IMG/VR virus record: IMGVR_UViG_3300032298_001038
Location: 134,313 to 198,312 of that record
Length of the DNA stretch: 64,000 bases
Strand: one strand, 5' to 3'
Source: a virus
The notes below the pieces were generated by a model. That model was not told the DNA's origin. It saw only the letters and a program-made list of their open reading frames with translations, and ran no database searches. Positions 1 to 8,709 of this stretch are shown here, piece by piece. A program made the translations under genes and the position numbers. Within the stretch, counting starts at the first letter, position 1; every line of letters begins with the position of its first letter.

Positions 1-169
1 AACCGATCAATGGCCGCGGCAATATGCACTCCTGCACACCAACCGATATTGGCCTGTTCACCGGCAGTCCAAAACAGTTTTTCTTGTACTGTTTCTTCCA
101 TTATTTCGTCGTAGTGCATTAACGACAATTTAACGGTAAACAGTTTGTCGCATTCAATGTTGTCTGCCA

Positions 170-388
170 TTATTCACCCGTCGGCCCTGTGTAGAGTTCG
201 AGCAATTCGCGGATATCGTCATGCGTATAGGACCAGTCCATTTTTCGCTCGACCCGTTCTGCGGCTTCCGCCCATACATCGTCGTCGGCGCGTTGAAACT
301 GATCGGCAAACCACCACGCGGCAATGATATTTTTGACGCCGCTTTTCTTGGCGGCTTTTAGTTCTTTGATGGCCTCGTCAACTGTCAT
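170..388 (-). CDS. Small hypothetical phage protein (72 aa)
   Basis: ORF tightly packed with co-oriented neighbours; its ATG overlaps the stop of 385..735. Confidence 0.65.
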   Translation of the reverse strand: MTVDEAIKELKAAKKSGVKNIIAAWWFADQFQRADDDVWAEAAERVERKMDWSYTHDDIRELLELYTGPTGE

Positions 389-735
389 GCTGTGCCAGCC
401 TTTTCGACGAGGTGCTTATGCAGCGCTTCCTGATAAATGCGGGCCTGAAACCCGCGGCCAAACTTGACGTCGTGCGGCAGTTCAAAATCTCGCACCATGC
501 TTTCCAGCGCGTCGAGGCCGTAGATGCCTCGCATCTGGTTGACAGGTGTACCGTCCGGCCCGCTGATGGTGTGCTTCGGGTCGCTGAAGTCGCTTTCGTA
601 AATGTTGGTGCAGCGGTCGACTAATTCCTGCGGCACGCCCACTTCAATAAACGCTTCTGGCTTGAAAATCGTATGCCCGTCGCAAATGTCAGCGGCGGCG
701 AGCACGATCTTGGGATCAATTTCAGTCCACTTCAA
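385..735 (-). CDS. Hypothetical phage protein (116 aa)
   Basis: ATG ORF with globular composition, overlapping neighbours at both ends. Confidence 0.7.
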   Translation of the reverse strand: MKWTEIDPKIVLAAADICDGHTIFKPEAFIEVGVPQELVDRCTNIYESDFSDPKHTISGPDGTPVNQMRGIYGLDALESMVRDFELPHDVKFGRGFQARIYQEALHKHLVEKAGTA

Positions 736-955
736 GGTCTTGTTCCTCCCGGAATTCTTCTACGTCATCGTGCGTCGCGTAGCACGAAGACAAAGCGTTA
801 CAGTCTTCAAAACCTCGGGCGTAGATATCTACCGCGACGCCTTCGTCAGTTTTCTTGATATAGACCGAAAAGTCTCGACCGACACCGACCCACGTGGACT
901 CGGCTGCGGAAGACATTTCGGCGTCAGTTTCTTCATTCAGCCGGACTCTCTTCAT
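722..955 (-). CDS. Small hypothetical phage protein (77 aa)
   Basis: Packed minus-strand ORF; GGAG upstream of the ATG. Confidence 0.65.
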   Translation of the reverse strand: MKRVRLNEETDAEMSSAAESTWVGVGRDFSVYIKKTDEGVAVDIYARGFEDCNALSSCYATHDDVEEFREEQDLEVD

Positions 956-1166
956 TTTCGTCTGTTACTTCGAGAAGGAATTCTGGAATGTCTTCACGTT
1001 TTGCGGCGGGGTCGTACTCGACGGTGATGTGCGCGGGTACTTCGTCGTACTTGACGGCGTTCATGACGTCTTCAAAGACGCACTGTTTTGCCTCGTCAAC
1101 CATTTCTTGATTGTCGAGATCAACTACGTAGTTGACTTTGAATGAAACACGGCCAAGTCTAGACAT
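933..1166 (-). CDS. Small acidic hypothetical protein (77 aa)
   Basis: Packed minus-strand ORF overlapping both neighbours. Confidence 0.6.
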   Translation of the reverse strand: MSRLGRVSFKVNYVVDLDNQEMVDEAKQCVFEDVMNAVKYDEVPAHITVEYDPAAKREDIPEFLLEVTDENEESPAE

Positions 1167-1410
1167 AGACTGCCCTATCTATTTCTTTGGTGTCGTTGAT
1201 AATCTGCCCGCTACGGTCTTCTTGCCAGCAACGCCACTCTTCGTGACCGCGTTCGCGTCCTTCGTGACTGTAAATTTTGCGCAAACGTTTAAATGCGCGT
1301 TTGGCTGCGGCAAGAGAAAAATGCTTTGATATTTTGCGTTTTCGGTTTGTGCCAAAGTTTGTGTACGTGGCGTATTCCCACGCCCACATTGATCGTCCGC
1401 GTACGCTCAT
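1159..1410 (-). CDS. Small basic hypothetical protein (83 aa)
   Basis: Starts 2 nt after the stop of 1413..1916. Confidence 0.55.
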   Translation of the reverse strand: MSVRGRSMWAWEYATYTNFGTNRKRKISKHFSLAAAKRAFKRLRKIYSHEGRERGHEEWRCWQEDRSGQIINDTKEIDRAVYV

Positions 1411-1412
1411 CG

Positions 1413-1916
1413 TTAGTACGTAAAGTTTTCGGTTCTGACTTCGGTGTATCGTTCGTTGTGCTCGATTGTGATCTTTTCGTCGGCGATAGTAACGGCAATG
1501 TCGCCGTAACTGCCCGAATCGATTTCCCAGCCGCCGGGAAGCAGCGCAAAAAGGTCGTCAACAAAGTTGTCGCACGCCTCGCGGGTAATGAGGCTGTTTG
1601 GTTCTTTGGTGACCTTCTCTACCCAGCGATTCCAGTCGTTTCTGATTTCTTGCGACGTAACGGCGGGATTATTTGAGTGTTGTACGTTGGCTTCAATTTG
1701 CGCCGGCGTCATGTACGACACGACGCTGATTGTCTCAAGATCGCCGGAATCGCCGCAGCCGTCGTAGTACGCTTCGACGCGAATAACATTATGCGCGGAA
1801 AGAAGTTTGCAGAATTGTTTGATGCTTTCAACCATGTCGTTGCGTGTTTTTTTCGGGTTGCGGAGCCAGTCAAATATTTGGTCGACGCTTTGCCGCGGGG
1901 CTGGTTCTTCTGCCAT
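1413..1916 (-). CDS. DUF6878-like protein
   Basis: Motifs YDGCGDSG and GWEIDSGSYG match my recollection of the DUF6878 pattern (YDGxGDSG...GWExxxGxxG). Confidence 0.6.
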   Translation of the reverse strand: MAEEPAPRQSVDQIFDWLRNPKKTRNDMVESIKQFCKLLSAHNVIRVEAYYDGCGDSGDLETISVVSYMTPAQIEANVQHSNNPAVTSQEIRNDWNRWVEKVTKEPNSLITREACDNFVDDLFALLPGGWEIDSGSYGDIAVTIADEKITIEHNERYTEVRTENFTY

Positions 1917-1919
1917 TAA

Positions 1920-2423
1920 TTAGTAAGATGCGTAAACGGTGCACGGTTTTCCTGTCTCCTGCTCCTTCTGTTCCGCCAGCGCGACAAAGTCTCGAAACGA
2001 CTGTACGACTTTTTGGGCGTACTCCGGGCCGTCGTCAGGGTACAAATTTGAACAACGCGCGTAACAGGCTTCCTCGACGGTCATAGGCGTCGTCAGCCCG
2101 CTCATGACCGGCCCGTCAATAACCACGCCCGATTGCTTCATGAGTTCAGATAACAAAACCGCGACGTTGTGACCGCCATCCTTGCCTGTCGCCGGCTCTG
2201 TAACGGATGTCAGGCGTTCGCGCAAAATAGCGGCTGGAATTTCAGCCTCGCAGTTGTCGGCTTCGAACGCTTCGCGGACGAGGATTTTGGTGGCGTACGG
2301 CCCGCCGTGATAAGACTCGCGGAGATAGCCGACACTGCCAGACGTCGTATCGAAGCCGGTGTACTGGCGTTTCTGGTCTTCTTCCGTCATCCCATCCCAC
2401 TTGAGGTAGATGTCGATTCCCAT
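1920..2423 (-). CDS. Conserved-looking phage hypothetical protein (167 aa)
   Basis: MGIDIYL start and GYLRESYHG motif; packed between neighbours. Confidence 0.75.
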   Translation of the reverse strand: MGIDIYLKWDGMTEEDQKRQYTGFDTTSGSVGYLRESYHGGPYATKILVREAFEADNCEAEIPAAILRERLTSVTEPATGKDGGHNVAVLLSELMKQSGVVIDGPVMSGLTTPMTVEEACYARCSNLYPDDGPEYAQKVVQSFRDFVALAEQKEQETGKPCTVYASY

Positions 2424-2424
2424 G

Positions 2425-2652
2425 TTACTTGGCCTTTAAGTGCTTAAGTGCGTCGGTCCAATTAGCCTTTTCGCCGTCGTAAACGCTCATGGCGCTATCG
2501 CTGTTTGTGCGCAGGTGAATAATTTTCTTGTTGTCAAACTTCTCGGCGGCGATGGCGGCAGCAAGAACTTCTTCAACGCTGTCGCGATCCGGTGCGCAGA
2601 TGACAAATTCTTTGTTGACACTTTCGGTAATGTGCACATTGAAGTAGGGCAT
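2425..2652 (-). CDS. Small hypothetical protein (75 aa)
   Basis: GAGG Shine-Dalgarno upstream of ATG; stop 1 nt before the next start. Confidence 0.65.
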   Translation of the reverse strand: MPYFNVHITESVNKEFVICAPDRDSVEEVLAAAIAAEKFDNKKIIHLRTNSDSAMSVYDGEKANWTDALKHLKAK

Positions 2653-2666
2653 TTTTTCCTCTGTAT

Positions 2667-2704
2667 AAAAAAGGAGGGCGCCGAGTACATACCCGACGCC
2701 CTCC
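2667..2704 (-). terminator. Intrinsic terminator downstream of 2729..3070
   Basis: Minus strand GGAGGGCGTCGGG-TATGTA-CTCGGCGCCCTCC (13 bp stem including G-U pairs) followed by TTTTTT. Confidence 0.75.
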
Positions 2705-2728
2705 GTGGCGGTGATTAATTACGACAAA

Positions 2729-3070
2729 TCAGCGGCAGTTGCAGCAGCCGCGGCGAGCGCGGACAACCCGCACCGGCGCCTTGACCACCTGCACCGGCAC
2801 CTCGACGACAGCGCGAGTCACCTCACGCGTCCGCTCGATCGTGCGGCCGAACAGGCCCTGACGGCACGACGAGCGGCAAGACCGCTCCGTGGTGCAGGTT
2901 CCGTTCTCGCACGTTGTTACCGTCGCCGGGGCGGACACGATGTCTGCCTGCGAGGTAGCCGCCGCAGTGGGCTGGCCGTGGTTGAGAACGCTAGGGGCGT
3001 TGTTGGCGGCATCCTCTCCGCGGACAACACTGCAAGCACACAGAACAAACGCGATAAATGCGTAACGCAT
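2729..3070 (-). CDS. Small exported Cys-rich protein with signal peptide or possible lipobox
   Basis: N-terminus MRYAFIAFVLCACSVVRG is hydrophobic; TCENGTC and SCRSSC motifs; C-terminus RRGCCNCR. Confidence 0.75.
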   Translation of the reverse strand: MRYAFIAFVLCACSVVRGEDAANNAPSVLNHGQPTAAATSQADIVSAPATVTTCENGTCTTERSCRSSCRQGLFGRTIERTREVTRAVVEVPVQVVKAPVRVVRARRGCCNCR

Positions 3071-3109
3071 TTAATCCTCTTCCTTGTTAGGTAGGCAAAA
3101 GCCTACGGG

Positions 3110-3472
3110 TCAATCGTCCCAATCATCCTCGTCCGGCTCGACGCACATTTGGTCGAGACCGCACGACTCAATCTGCCGGCGGAGTCGGTTGTCTTTGCTG
3201 AGCATCGACAAGAACCAATCCTCCAGCAGTTTGATTTCGTTTTCGGTTGGAGGCCGCTGCGGCAAGTCTTCCAACTTTATAGTTTTGCATTCGGCACCGG
3301 TCACGATAGCGTGCGCGTCGTGGCTCGGATAACCGTCTCCGTTGTAGTCATAACGGCAACCCGGGTCACCGGGATCGTAGTCGAATTCGACATTGAACTC
3401 AAACGTGCCCGGTTTTCCTAGGGGGTTTTCGCCGTCATCGTCGTCGATATCCCACGGAATCCAGTTGGTCAT
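3110..3472 (-). CDS. Acidic hypothetical protein (start re-picked at MTNWIP)
   Basis: ATG at 3472 overlaps the TGA of 3469..3732 (ATGA coupling). Confidence 0.65.
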   Translation of the reverse strand: MTNWIPWDIDDDDGENPLGKPGTFEFNVEFDYDPGDPGCRYDYNGDGYPSHDAHAIVTGAECKTIKLEDLPQRPPTENEIKLLEDWFLSMLSKDNRLRRQIESCGLDQMCVEPDEDDWDD

Positions 3473-3732
3473 TCGACCACCTGCACATGTTCGTTGCGCA
3501 TCTTTTGGTTGAGCCACGCTTCCTCGGCCGCAAGGGCGTCGGCGCGCGATGCAAACCCGTCTACGCGCGGGCCGCCGACTGGCGCAAGGTCGATATACCA
3601 TGTGCCGGGTTTGTGCTGGTCTGGTTCGACGTGGCTGGCGCGCTTGATGTCGAGTGCTCCAAGTTCTGCCAGCGCGATGCTTTCACCGTATAGGCACTGC
3701 GCTGAACCGTCGGGGCGGAAGTATAGGTTCAT
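3469..3732 (-). CDS. Small protein of the type that accompanies planctomycete AAA/DUF1257/DUF2997 clusters
   Basis: Motifs RASHVEP, DLAPVGGP and RADALAAEEAWL resemble a family I recall from such clusters. Confidence 0.7.
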   Translation of the reverse strand: MNLYFRPDGSAQCLYGESIALAELGALDIKRASHVEPDQHKPGTWYIDLAPVGGPRVDGFASRADALAAEEAWLNQKMRNEHVQVVE

Positions 3733-4745
3733 GACGTGGCCTCTTGCAAGCGCATAAGTCGCCGCGGTCCGGCGGGTTCTGCGGAAATTCGTCGGGCTGG
3801 GAAGTTGGCAACTTGGCCATTTGGCATAATCTGGGCAGCACCAAGTCGGCCGCCGTATTGTGCCAGCAGGTTTAAATAGTTTTGCAAACTTGCCCGCGTG
3901 CGAAATTCTTGATGCTGAAACACGCTGCGCTGGTTTAGCGTAACAATATTGTCAGCCATGGTGTGGTAATCGCCGTACTCAACAGAAAAGATAGAGTGAA
4001 TCAGCACGACGTGATCTCGCAGCACAATCGGGTACGAAATAGACGACTGATCGGCGACTACGGCAAAGTCTCGCAAATTAACGGCCGCGGTCTGGTGGTG
4101 ATTGTTGATCTGGCTACGGATTAGTTGGGCTTGATTTTCAACCAGCGCGCGGCCGCGAATGATGCCGTGGATGACAGAGCAATCGCCTTTAATCTCGATC
4201 ATGCCGACGGACCCGCCGTCTAGCGTGCTGCGCACAACCAGCGCATTGCCGCCGATACGGACGTCGCCCGTCATCGTCGTTGAAAATACTTGCGCGCTTT
4301 CGTTTACGTACGCCGTGTGATAAAGCCGGCTTGTACCAGACACGTGCGCTTGACCAAAAATGCGCGCGTTGCCCTCAACGATTGTCGTGTCGCGTACAAC
4401 TGCTTTGCCGTATATCTGGCCGCTGTTGCGCAGCGTAACGCCGCCCGATACGACGGCGCTGCCAGAAATACGGGACGTGCCTTCGAGGCGCACAGGCCCC
4501 TTGACTGTCGCGCGGTTAAATATCTCGCATCGCCGGCCGATATAAACACAGTCGTCGACTGCCGCGGTGTCTGCAACCCAGCCGCCGCCGTTGTCGTGCT
4601 TGTGCGCGGGCACGCGGCCAGAACCGTCTTTGAAATCGTGTTTTGGCTGCCTTGGTTTTCGTTTCTTGATAACCTTTATTTCCTCCAACTGCTCAATTGG
4701 AGGTGTGATTACAGGAGGTGCTTCTACGATTTCTGTCATTTTCAA
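3729..4745 (-). CDS. Left-handed beta-helix (hexapeptide-repeat) protein
   Basis: HKHDNGGGWVADTA start followed by many V/I-x-G-x-A-x hexapeptide-like repeats. Confidence 0.7.
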   Translation of the reverse strand: MKMTEIVEAPPVITPPIEQLEEIKVIKKRKPRQPKHDFKDGSGRVPAHKHDNGGGWVADTAAVDDCVYIGRRCEIFNRATVKGPVRLEGTSRISGSAVVSGGVTLRNSGQIYGKAVVRDTTIVEGNARIFGQAHVSGTSRLYHTAYVNESAQVFSTTMTGDVRIGGNALVVRSTLDGGSVGMIEIKGDCSVIHGIIRGRALVENQAQLIRSQINNHHQTAAVNLRDFAVVADQSSISYPIVLRDHVVLIHSIFSVEYGDYHTMADNIVTLNQRSVFQHQEFRTRASLQNYLNLLAQYGGRLGAAQIMPNGQVANFPARRISAEPAGPRRLMRLQEATS

Positions 4746-5692
4746 CTCATGGGCAGCACGCGCCGCCTCGGGGCATTCGTGATCAAACTGTCCAGCGCCG
4801 TCTTGACCGTCGTCATCTGCTGCGTCAGGTTCTGCCGCAGGTCATTGTTTTTGCGCAAGTCCTTGGCGTCGATGCCAGCGACAAGGTCATTTGCCTGCTG
4901 AATCAACCCTTCCAACTGCGCGTTGGATCGCACGTTCATGCGGCGGAAGTTTTCATAGAACTCCTTGAAGTTCTCAATCGCCGACGCCTTGAACGTCTTT
5001 TTAGTACCATCAGGCTCGTCGGTCAGCCGCTCGACCAGATGCGCGATCATTTCCTGCAACTGCTCAGCAAACGCGTTTTCGGCCATGATAACCGCAGTCT
5101 CGAACCGCTGCTGAACCCGTGACTGCTCCTGCGTGTACAACTCGGGGTTGAACGTCATCAGGTAGTTCGGCGGCTCGACAGGCGGATACTCCCATTTGAT
5201 ATCAAAGACGCCTTCAAGGGTAGGCGGGTAGTCGTTGGGATTAAACAGGTCACCCAGTTTTTCCCGTGCCGCTTCCTTGATGGACTCGTACTCCAACTGG
5301 AGGTTGGCAGCCGCTGCGGCAAGTTGCTCCTTGAACTCCCGCATCTTCGCTTCAAATGCTGCGATCTCGTCTTGCTTGATCAACCGAATACCTTCCTGCG
5401 GATAGGGCAGGGTCATGCTGCGCCAATAACTCGACGCCTGACTCTTGATTGCGGTCAGGACGCGGTAGGTGTTGTTCTTGGTGTCGATCAGCCGCTTGGA
5501 CGCGGTAACCAGATCAGTGGCCGCGTGAAAAGTATCGGCCGCCTGCTTGGTCTGCGTGTCGGACAACTTGCGCTGCGTGCCCAGCCACGAGAACGACAAC
5601 TTGACGGCGCCCATCGTCTGGCGCAGTTCATTCGCCGTTTCGACGACACCTTCGTTCGCTACTTCAATCGTGTTTTCTGTTTCTGTTGACAT
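4742..5692 (-). CDS. Helical protein, DUF3150-like (start re-picked at MSTETEN)
   Basis: Motifs VKLSFSWLG, YWRSMTLPYP and GIRLI plus coiled-coil segments resemble the DUF3150-type partner of AAA/DUF1257 clusters. Confidence 0.6.
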   Translation of the reverse strand: MSTETENTIEVANEGVVETANELRQTMGAVKLSFSWLGTQRKLSDTQTKQAADTFHAATDLVTASKRLIDTKNNTYRVLTAIKSQASSYWRSMTLPYPQEGIRLIKQDEIAAFEAKMREFKEQLAAAAANLQLEYESIKEAAREKLGDLFNPNDYPPTLEGVFDIKWEYPPVEPPNYLMTFNPELYTQEQSRVQQRFETAVIMAENAFAEQLQEMIAHLVERLTDEPDGTKKTFKASAIENFKEFYENFRRMNVRSNAQLEGLIQQANDLVAGIDAKDLRKNNDLRQNLTQQMTTVKTALDSLITNAPRRRVLPMS

Positions 5693-5694
5693 GT

Positions 5695-5910
5695 TTAGTT
5701 GAGTTTCGTCCTTTGTCGTGGCGTTAAATTTTCGTGCGGAGGTTTGTGCGACGGTTGCGGGGCCACTATGCGCCCACACGCCAACTCCAAATAACAGTCT
5801 TTGCACTTTGGCTGTCCGTCAATTTTCCATGCCGGATCAGGCCGGCACTGGTCGTCGCTTTCGTCAATAATCTCGCCGCACGATGTGCAGATTGTTTTTG
5901 GAAGTGCCAT
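5695..5910 (-). CDS. Small zinc-finger-like protein (71 aa)
   Basis: CTSCG...CKDC pairs; stop 2 nt before the next start. Confidence 0.6.
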   Translation of the reverse strand: MALPKTICTSCGEIIDESDDQCRPDPAWKIDGQPKCKDCYLELACGRIVAPQPSHKPPHENLTPRQRTKLN

Positions 5911-5936
5911 GTTCGCGTTACTGCGGGATGAGTGTG

Positions 5937-6248
5937 TTAATCTTTCACGTGTTGTGAGGGTCGTTCAGACGCGTTTGGTAAACCAAACGATTTCATCTTC
6001 TCGTCCCAGTTTTCATATTCGCCCTCGCGGCGCATCTTGCGGCCAATGCGCGCTACGCCCTCGTTGACGCTTTCTGGCGCAACAGGGCGGCGAATGTCTA
6101 GGACTTGCTCATCTGGCAGGTCGTCGATCACCGCTTGAACGGCTGTCCAGTCTTCGCCGTCAATGAACGCCATCGTGGCGGTGCCTAAGCGGTTTGGGTA
6201 GAGGATAACCGCGTATCCGTCTTCAAGCATCTTGTCAATGTCAGACAT
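5937..6248 (-). CDS. Hypothetical protein (103 aa)
   Basis: GGAG Shine-Dalgarno 6 nt upstream of ATG; globular composition. Confidence 0.7.
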   Translation of the reverse strand: MSDIDKMLEDGYAVILYPNRLGTATMAFIDGEDWTAVQAVIDDLPDEQVLDIRRPVAPESVNEGVARIGRKMRREGEYENWDEKMKSFGLPNASERPSQHVKD

Positions 6249-6265
6249 AGTCGTCTCCGGAATTT

Positions 6266-6532
6266 TGACTGCCGTTACGCGGCAGTCAGTACGGGCGCCG
6301 GCGCTGTGTCATGTTTTTTTGCAACAAAACTCGACATTGGGCCGACCAGATTGACTGCCGTCACGTGGCAGTCAAAATTGACTGCCGTCACGTGGCAGTC
6401 AAAAATCGACTCCCGGGTTTGGGGGAGTCTGACTCCCGGTTTTGCCGGAGTCAAAATTGACTGCCGGGTTTGGGGGAGTCTGACTCCCGGTTTTGCCGGA
6501 GTCAAAATTGACTGCCGTCACGTGGCAGTCAA
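6266..6532. repeat. Array of eight short inverted-repeat units (GACTGCC and GACTCC types)
   Basis: TTGACTGCC-GTCACGT-GGCAGTCAA at 6351, 6378 and 6508; variant at 6266; GACTCC-type units at 6408, 6430, 6459 and 6481; 6408-6458 is repeated at 6459-6509 with one mismatch. Confidence 0.95.
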
Positions 6533-6601
6533 AGTTTGCTTTTCGGTCGCTTTTCACTCGCTTTTCACTTCGTAGTGAAATCGCAAGGATTAGCGAAAAA
6601 C

Positions 6602-8095
6602 TCAGTTTTCGCTCGGGGAAGCGGAAATCTTACGGCGACCGCTTGCGACGGGCGCCGGACGGGCTTTTCCCACGCGCGAGTACAACCCCGGGTTATCCGC
6701 CGACAGGCACCGACCCTCGGCCCACTTGCGCAGGCTTTCGATCTGCTCGGCGCTGGTCACAGCCACCGGCACGACGTTCTGGGCCGCCTCGATGAGCGGG
6801 ATGTCCAGAAGCGCCGCCAGACGGCAGCACGACTTGATCTCGGCACCAGTCCAGTTGGTATCGTCCGGACGCTGCTGCGCTTTGTCGATGCCGAAGTGAT
6901 TTAGATAGATATCCCAGATACGCTGCCGCTGGTCGTCGCCGGGCAGGTCGACGAAGAACACGCCGTCGAAACGCTCGGCTCGGGCGAACGGCGCCGGCAA
7001 CTGGCTGGCGTCGTTACAGGTGCCGATGAAGAACACGTCCGACGTGTGGTCGTTGAGCCACGTCAGGAGCGTACCGAACAGCCGGGCAGAGACGCCGCTG
7101 TCGGTCTGGCCGGACGAACCGACGCCAGCAAGACCCTTCTCGATCTCGTCGACGAACAGCACGCACGGCGCCATGGCGTCGACCTGCTTGAGGGCGCGCC
7201 GCATGTTGCCCTCGGACTCGCCCACGAACTTGCCCATCAGGCTGCCGAAGTCGAGCATCACGGTCGGGCGGCCGACCTCGTTGCCCAGCGCTTTGGCGAA
7301 CTGGGACTTGCCGCAGCCCGGAGGCGACAGCAGCAGCACGCCCTTGGGTCGCTTATCGACGTTCTTTTCACCCTGCCGCTTCATGGCGCGGATGCAAAAC
7401 TGCTTGAGGTTTTCGAGGCCGCCAAGGTTCTCGAAGTTGGCGTCGCCGCGATACAGAGTCATGGTGCCGCTCTTTTCGAGCGTCTGCGCCTTGATACCCC
7501 AGATCGTGTCCGGCTCCAACTTGTTGTTGCGCACCAGCGAAAGCGCGTAGGCGTTCTCGGCCTCCTGCCGGGTCAAGCCGCGGGAGGCGTCAACAACGCT
7601 GCCCACCTGTTCGTCGGTCGGCTTCTCAAACGCCGAACCCTCGCCGAACAGATCGTTGCAGATGTCCTTCAACTGCGTCTCGTCCGGCAGTTCGTGATGA
7701 ACGACCGTAAACAACTTCTCGATCTCGGGCTGAAGCGCAACCGTCGGCGCAACGATCACAACGTAACGGCCCTCACCCTTGCCGCGGACAACGCGGTTGG
7801 CCAGCGCCTGCAAAACCTCGGGGTTGGGCAGGTACCGGTGGAAGTTCTTGAGCACGAGAATCTGCGTCTCGTTTGTCTTGGGCAGGTCCATCGACCGGAT
7901 CGCCTGAAGCGGGCCGGGTGCGGCGACCATACCGCTTTCCAACTGCTGGTCGATATCCCAGACGTCGAAGCCCCACTTGCGCTCTTCGGCCAGCGCACGA
8001 ATAGTCTTAACAGCGTCGTCGCACTCCAGCGACTCGACCCAAACGCCGGAAAAGCCGGCGCACACAAGTTCTTTAATTTCTTTTTCGAGAGACAC
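6602..8095 (-). CDS. AAA+ ATPase, Ycf46-like
   Basis: Walker A SPPGCGKS, Walker B VLFVDEIEK, second region of homology RAERFD; degenerate N-terminal AAA-like domain (ILVLKNFH). Confidence 0.9.
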   Translation of the reverse strand: MSLEKEIKELVCAGFSGVWVESLECDDAVKTIRALAEERKWGFDVWDIDQQLESGMVAAPGPLQAIRSMDLPKTNETQILVLKNFHRYLPNPEVLQALANRVVRGKGEGRYVVIVAPTVALQPEIEKLFTVVHHELPDETQLKDICNDLFGEGSAFEKPTDEQVGSVVDASRGLTRQEAENAYALSLVRNNKLEPDTIWGIKAQTLEKSGTMTLYRGDANFENLGGLENLKQFCIRAMKRQGEKNVDKRPKGVLLLSPPGCGKSQFAKALGNEVGRPTVMLDFGSLMGKFVGESEGNMRRALKQVDAMAPCVLFVDEIEKGLAGVGSSGQTDSGVSARLFGTLLTWLNDHTSDVFFIGTCNDASQLPAPFARAERFDGVFFVDLPGDDQRQRIWDIYLNHFGIDKAQQRPDDTNWTGAEIKSCCRLAALLDIPLIEAAQNVVPVAVTSAEQIESLRKWAEGRCLSADNPGLYSRVGKARPAPVASGRRKISASPSEN

Positions 8096-8543
8096 GCTTT
8101 GCCTTCTTTGTTATGTTCTTTTTGGGTGCAACACGCGCCTGTTTCTTGACAGGCGCATTAATACGATCAACCCGCGCCGCGACGAACTCTTCGCCCTCGT
8201 CTGTCGCGCCGGTCATATCAAGTTTTCCAAGTTTCTCGCGCAATGCACGAAGAACTTCGGTGGCTATTCCTTGTCGACGATGCTGCTCGTCAACGTGGAC
8301 CCACTCGACGTACAGGCTGTACGGGTTGGGCCATAAAACCACTTCGCATACTGGGCGGGGCGGCGAGTCGTAGTTGCGACCCCACACCGTAAATAACTCG
8401 CGCGGATACCCTGCATTAGGGTTGCGCACGACGCAGTGGTGAAAGATATCAAAACGTTTAGTTTGGATGAACGGACTGTACCCGCCAGTGAACGGCGAGA
8501 AATCCGGTTTCATCTCAGTTTTGGGTTTCAATCTGCTGCTCAT
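8073..8543 (-). CDS. GNAT-like acetyltransferase with a basic C-terminal tail
   Basis: VEWVHVDEQHRRQGIATEVL matches the acetyl-CoA binding motif A (R/Q-x-x-G-x-A). Confidence 0.6.
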   Translation of the reverse strand: MSSRLKPKTEMKPDFSPFTGGYSPFIQTKRFDIFHHCVVRNPNAGYPRELFTVWGRNYDSPPRPVCEVVLWPNPYSLYVEWVHVDEQHRRQGIATEVLRALREKLGKLDMTGATDEGEEFVAARVDRINAPVKKQARVAPKKNITKKAKRVSRKRN

Positions 8544-8706
8544 TGGACGCCGCGTAGTAATCGCCGGTCAGGGTCTCGTCCGTCTTGGCGCCCAGAGCCT
8601 GCTCCAGCGCCCGCGACGCCTCCTGACACGAACTGCCGGTGAAGCCGAACGTCTCAATCTTGGTCTCGCCCGTGGGCGACACAACAACCTGAATGGTCTT
8701 ACTCAT
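8515..8706 (-). CDS. DUF2997-like protein
   Basis: IQVVVSPTGETKIETFGFTGSSC...LEQALG pattern; adjacent to the DUF1257-like gene. Confidence 0.8.
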   Translation of the reverse strand: MSKTIQVVVSPTGETKIETFGFTGSSCQEASRALEQALGAKTDETLTGDYYAASNEQQIETQN

Positions 8707-8709
8707 GTA

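Noticed and set aside
6266-6532. CRISPR mini-array
   Set aside because: Units are adjacent palindromes and tandem duplications with no unique 25-45 nt spacers, and no cas genes are nearby
6275-6575. ORFs 6275..6505 and 6306..6575
   Set aside because: They are simply translations of the DNA repeat array
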